A DNA stretch of 64,000 bases from an uncultured bacterium (lineage in GTDB: Bacteria; Patescibacteriota; Kazan-3B-28): contig OY968788.1 of the NCBI GenBank assembly GCA_963695435.1, forward strand, positions 477,456 to 541,455. The letters run 5' to 3'. Below, piece after piece: positions 60,109 through 64,000 of the stretch. Below the pieces are notes generated by a model. That model did not search any database and had not been told where the DNA came from. It was given only the letters and a program-made list of their open reading frames with translations. Within the stretch, counting starts at the first letter, position 1; the number at the start of each line of letters is the position of its first letter. The translations under genes and the position numbers were made by a program.

Positions 60109-60510
60109 CTAGATTTTCCCCAGCCACCCCTCCAAAATAAACTGGGCAGAAATAGCATCAATACTGGCCGTACTTTCTGGGTGTTTTTGCAAATATTTGG
60201 CCGCCGATTGGGTGGTAAATCGCTCATCTTCTAAAATAATTTCTGTTGCTATTGCGTCGCGTAGCGTTTCTACTAATTCTTTTACTTTGTGCGCTTGAGT
60301 ACCATGCTGGCCAGTGACAGTAATCGGCAGACCAATAACGATTTTAGAAAAATTATATTGCTGCTGCAGCAATAGCAATTGTTCAACCAACGAATGATTA
60401 TTGGGTAAGTCGGACAGGGGAGTAGCAGTGCGGGTAATCGTGTTGCCGATTGCTGTACCAATGTGGCGGTCCCCAATATCCAAACCTAAAACGATAGTTG
60501 GATCTATCAT
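60109..60510 (-). CDS. ruvX: RuvX/YqgF RNase H-like nuclease
   Basis: LGLDIG...IG, IGLP, DERFTT and IDAISA. Confidence 0.92.
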   Translation of the reverse strand: MIDPTIVLGLDIGDRHIGTAIGNTITRTATPLSDLPNNHSLVEQLLLLQQQYNFSKIVIGLPITVTGQHGTQAHKVKELVETLRDAIATEIILEDERFTTQSAAKYLQKHPESTASIDAISAQFILEGWLGKI

Positions 60511-60545
60511 TAGTTCAGTTAAGCTGACCCGCGAGCGAAAGTCAA

Positions 60546-62147
60546 TCACTCGCCGAGATAGACAACATTTAGTTTTATATTGCTAGAAAGAAGTGGGATC
60601 CGAGAAATAAACCGCGGCCAGATAACAATTTCGCTGGAGGCGACATTGGTCAGGCTTTGAAGATAATTTTTGCCAGCGGCTAATGGTTGGTTGACCAAGT
60701 GGTTAGTAATATCTTTCAATTCTAGGCTTGGGCCGATCCTGCCATTTAGCGTTATCGACAGGTTAACCCGGTGGGTCAGGAAGTTTCCTTCCACTACATC
60801 GACTTTGGCGGTATCTACAGTCTGCTTGGTAATTTGTTTTCCTTCCGGCACTTCAAAAGCAGCGGCATTGGCGATCGCTTCCTGAAGTTTATTTTTGATA
60901 ATTGCAATTGTCCAACTTCGCGATTGCACTCGAATTTCAAATTGTGCATTAGTGGCACCTGCGCTTACATTGGGCATTGAATCAATGACATCATTCTGGA
61001 TAAAAGCTGGAACTAATTCTTCGTTCCGTTTCAGTTGTTTTTGGAGCTCGGCTTCGGCTTCAACAAATACATTTTTGGCGGCTGCTTCTTTCGCTTTATC
61101 AATATCTTCCTGCGACACTACTTTAGTAATAATATCGGTGCCGCCAGAAAAAGTGTTAGCTGTTTCACCATAGACCAGTGCTTGCGCGGTAGCGTTTAGG
61201 CCGGGGATAGAAAGTTTGAGCCCGGAAGCAACATTGTATTTGGTGCCTCCCTCATCGGCAGTAGCGTCAACGGTTGCCCGACCGGGAGTTTTGTTGCGGG
61301 CTGGCGGAACTAGAATTTCGCTTTTCAGACGAAAGACTAAGCCATTGGTGGCTTGGAATCGGGTGTTGGCTAGCAGCCCCTCAATACTCCCTGTGTGGTT
61401 AAAGATAGTAATTTTGCCTTCCGCCTTGTTCCCATCATTCTTTTCGCCGGTAGCAGAAAAGGTTGAAACGCTTTCACGAGTGATTTCGAGGAACCGACCG
61501 GTAAGGATGTTCGGCCCGGCCGCTTGCAAATCTTGTTCGTCGGCTAGCACCAGGCTAAGTTGCTTTTTGAATTCTTCTGACTGAACTTCTAGGGTTGCCG
61601 TGGCGCGGGGAATAATAAAGTACCCAACGCTAACAAGCACCACCAATCCTAGCAACACCAGCCCTAAGGTAATTTGATGTTGGCGAGAAAATCGCAATTG
61701 TAGTTTGGTAGCGCTGGTTGATCGGATAAATGAACCAAGGCCGGGCGCGGATAGTCTGCGAGCAGAATAGGAAGGGGAGGGGTTTAGATCGGGCAAAGGT
61801 TCTTCCTCGGCTTCATCATCGGTCATCATTTCGATGTTTTCTCCTACTGAAATTTCCGGCAAGTCGGACTCTACTGTGGCAGTATCTTCGGGCGCAGCAA
61901 TTGCAGTTAGTTCAAAGCCAGCCAGTTCAGCCAGAGTGCTACCGACTTTGTCGGTAACGCTTATACGCGCACTTCGATTGGTTTCATCCAAATACCGTTT
62001 GAGGATTTTCAAATTAAGGGCGCTATGCATCAGTGCTGATCCGACTGGAATCGCTAAGATAAAGTCGGTCGCTTTGATGCGATTTATTTTTGTTAGGACC
62101 TCATTCAGATTGTCCGCGACTTCTAAATAGATAATTGGTTCTGTCAT
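60546..62147 (-). CDS. Membrane protein with a baseplate-J-like domain
   Basis: TM followed by ATG...KAEGKITIFN, TRF, GGTKYNV and FSGGTD...VVSQEDI. Confidence 0.78.
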   Translation of the reverse strand: MTEPIIYLEVADNLNEVLTKINRIKATDFILAIPVGSALMHSALNLKILKRYLDETNRSARISVTDKVGSTLAELAGFELTAIAAPEDTATVESDLPEISVGENIEMMTDDEAEEEPLPDLNPSPSYSARRLSAPGLGSFIRSTSATKLQLRFSRQHQITLGLVLLGLVVLVSVGYFIIPRATATLEVQSEEFKKQLSLVLADEQDLQAAGPNILTGRFLEITRESVSTFSATGEKNDGNKAEGKITIFNHTGSIEGLLANTRFQATNGLVFRLKSEILVPPARNKTPGRATVDATADEGGTKYNVASGLKLSIPGLNATAQALVYGETANTFSGGTDIITKVVSQEDIDKAKEAAAKNVFVEAEAELQKQLKRNEELVPAFIQNDVIDSMPNVSAGATNAQFEIRVQSRSWTIAIIKNKLQEAIANAAAFEVPEGKQITKQTVDTAKVDVVEGNFLTHRVNLSITLNGRIGPSLELKDITNHLVNQPLAAGKNYLQSLTNVASSEIVIWPRFISRIPLLSSNIKLNVVYLGE

Positions 62148-63400
62148 CCTAGTCCTTTCATTGACCGAACAATGTTTTGCAACATTTCAGTTACCATGTC
62201 CTCCGGTGGGTTTAGATCGAGCAGTAATTTAGCTAGCCCCAAAGTAGGTAAGTCTGCTGGACTCCAATCGAGCCCGACTTCATCAATGACATTGTCGATA
62301 TCATCGGCGGGAATGACTTCGGGATAGGGTTTATTGGTGAAGGCTAAGTTTTGCGCCCAGTCTTTAGTCAACAAAACCCGACGAAGTTCCGGCAAAGGCG
62401 CACTGCCTCCGGTGAGATAAATTCTAGATGGCAAGGTTTTGAGATCGGAAAATTCTTTTAGAGCAAGTTCGATGCCCGAAAGCCAAACGCGGGCATCCGG
62501 CATAATCATTTCGCTAATTTTATCAGCCGACCGTTTATTCAGTTTGCCTGACCCATGTTCAAGTTTAATTTTTTCCGCCCGATCGGGAGTAGTCTTCAGC
62601 CCTTTTTGAATGCTATGAGTAAACAATTGTCCTCCGAGAGAAAAACTTTGCATTCCTTCAACATTGCCCGCGCGCACCACTACAACATCCGTGGAAGTGA
62701 AACCCACATCTACAAACACACCGCTGTAATCGCGGAGATTGTCGGACTTGGCTAATAACTTGGAGATGCCGTAGGGTTCAGCTGCAATACTCACAAGCTG
62801 AAGATTGAGTTGCCGAGCGAGCCCTTGCAACATACTGGCATAAATAAGCGGGATGTAGGCATTGAATATAGTAAGGGTCAGTCGTTTCCCCTGAAAACCA
62901 ATCGGGTTATTCAGCGTATAACCATCAAATTGCATGTCTACGACTGCCGCGTGGATTAGCTCCACATTGGGATGAGCATCAGCAAACTTTTCCCTTAGCA
63001 CTCCCTTCAGCCGCTCACTAGAGCGTTGCTGAACTTTGTAAATAATGTTTTTTAGCTCGGAAGCGTCTAGTGATTGTTCGGGGTGAGCACGGTCGTAGTG
63101 AACAGTGGTGGTAACGCTTTCTACTAGTTGACCACCCACGCCAAAAATAACGGATTGAGGCTGATAGTCAGCTTGAGCGGCGGCCAGTGTAATCGCTTCT
63201 CGACAAGCACCTGCTACCGCGTCCAAATCTACAATCACCCCGCCCTGTACGCTTTTGGGTGGATACTTCACATAAGCCCGGCCTGCAATATGAAGTTCGT
63301 TATCTTCAACAAAAATAATAACAGCCTTGACTGTCCCTGTTCCCAAATCCAGAATAAGCTGTCTCTGGGGTCCCGAATTTGTTTTACGCCCCCACACCAT
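62144..63400 (-). CDS. FtsA/PilM-like actin-fold ATPase
   Basis: LDLGTGTVK, VDVG..STD, AEKIK and LTGGSA. Confidence 0.85.
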   Translation of the reverse strand: MVWGRKTNSGPQRQLILDLGTGTVKAVIIFVEDNELHIAGRAYVKYPPKSVQGGVIVDLDAVAGACREAITLAAAQADYQPQSVIFGVGGQLVESVTTTVHYDRAHPEQSLDASELKNIIYKVQQRSSERLKGVLREKFADAHPNVELIHAAVVDMQFDGYTLNNPIGFQGKRLTLTIFNAYIPLIYASMLQGLARQLNLQLVSIAAEPYGISKLLAKSDNLRDYSGVFVDVGFTSTDVVVVRAGNVEGMQSFSLGGQLFTHSIQKGLKTTPDRAEKIKLEHGSGKLNKRSADKISEMIMPDARVWLSGIELALKEFSDLKTLPSRIYLTGGSAPLPELRRVLLTKDWAQNLAFTNKPYPEVIPADDIDNVIDEVGLDWSPADLPTLGLAKLLLDLNPPEDMVTEMLQNIVRSMKGLG

Positions 63401-63528
63401 CGTCCAAATCCTTTCGCGTTAACGACGAGTCGCATTCACTTCTCGTCTTTTGGGGCTCAAGGATTTCTCCTCTCCCCAAAATGTTCGCTTCGCTGGAACA
63501 TTTCGGGGGCCCCATAAACACTTTTAGT

Positions 63529-63999
63529 TTACTCTAAAATAGCTTTAATTCGGCGAACACCGGCGCTGCTACTTTCTTCTTTGGTAATGCGGAAATGTCC
63601 GAGCTCTTTACTTGATTTGATATGCGGCCCGCTGCAGAGTTCCCGACTAATAACTTTTCCGTCGTCAGCGGTGATTGTGTACACATCAACCATCTCGGGA
63701 TATTTTTCTTTGAAGAATGCTATTGCCCCCGTCATAACAGCTTGATTGAAGGGGAGGATTTGTTTATCGACCGTAAATCCATTTTGGATAAATTGATTGA
63801 CACTGTTTTCAATTTTGCTGACTTCTTCTGGGGTTAGTTTGCGGGGAAAAGAGAAGTCAAATCTCGCTCGCTCGGGATTGATGTCCGAACCCGCTTGATG
63901 AACTTGTTCGCCCAAGGTTTCCCGCAACGCTTCGTGCAGTAAATGGGAGACTGTGTGCAGACGAGTAATTTTTTGTTTATCTTCTTCGCTCACTACCGC
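63529..63999 (-). CDS. alaS: 3' part of alanyl-tRNA synthetase (editing domain, no C-Ala domain); 5' truncated by the window
   Basis: HTVSHLLHEALR, RFDF, ELCSGPH and SAGVRRIKA, then stop. Confidence 0.9.
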   Translation of the reverse strand, partial: AVVSEEDKQKITRLHTVSHLLHEALRETLGEQVHQAGSDINPERARFDFSFPRKLTPEEVSKIENSVNQFIQNGFTVDKQILPFNQAVMTGAIAFFKEKYPEMVDVYTITADDGKVISRELCSGPHIKSSKELGHFRITKEESSSAGVRRIKAILE

Positions 64000-64000
64000 A

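Noticed and set aside
60546-62147. Prophage or tailocin
   Set aside because: A lone membrane-anchored baseplate-J-like gene among housekeeping genes, with no other phage genes.
63529-63999. AlaRS lacking C-Ala as a pseudogene or novelty
   Set aside because: Clean stop after the editing domain. Short AlaRS forms are known in reduced genomes.

Overview
Chromosomal segment of a small-genome bacterium using translation table 11. The gene content suggests CPR/Patescibacteria (inference): short AlaRS, DUF5667/ECF pairs, FtsA-like plus baseplate-J-like pair, giant repeat surface proteins. It carries housekeeping genes (smpB, ssrA, mnmA, ndk, rny, tsaE/B, ruvB, uppP, tatD, metG, recX, trxB, hup, ruvX, alaS 3' end), 7 tRNAs, a probable 6S RNA, many large surface proteins (two with LPVTG sorting signals), two ECF sigma/anti-sigma pairs ahead of an S-layer-like gene, and dense REP and 7/8/9-mer repeats. 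Best novelty candidates: (1) a MerR-HTH/coiled-coil/Trp-tail protein beside about 15 CCGCAAC-N0/3/6-GTTGCGG palindromes, a centromere-like RacA/RocS-type anchoring candidate; (2) a ~550-nt ORF-free, highly structured minus-strand RNA lying between the two palindrome clusters, and a second ~300-nt structured RNA at 10.6 kb; (3) a ~170-bp mini-element sitting at two different tRNA 3' ends, each with its own target duplication; (4) paired short-period repeats around a four-helix-bundle gene, also present as empty sites and inside mnmA. All family calls are by eye; no searches were run.
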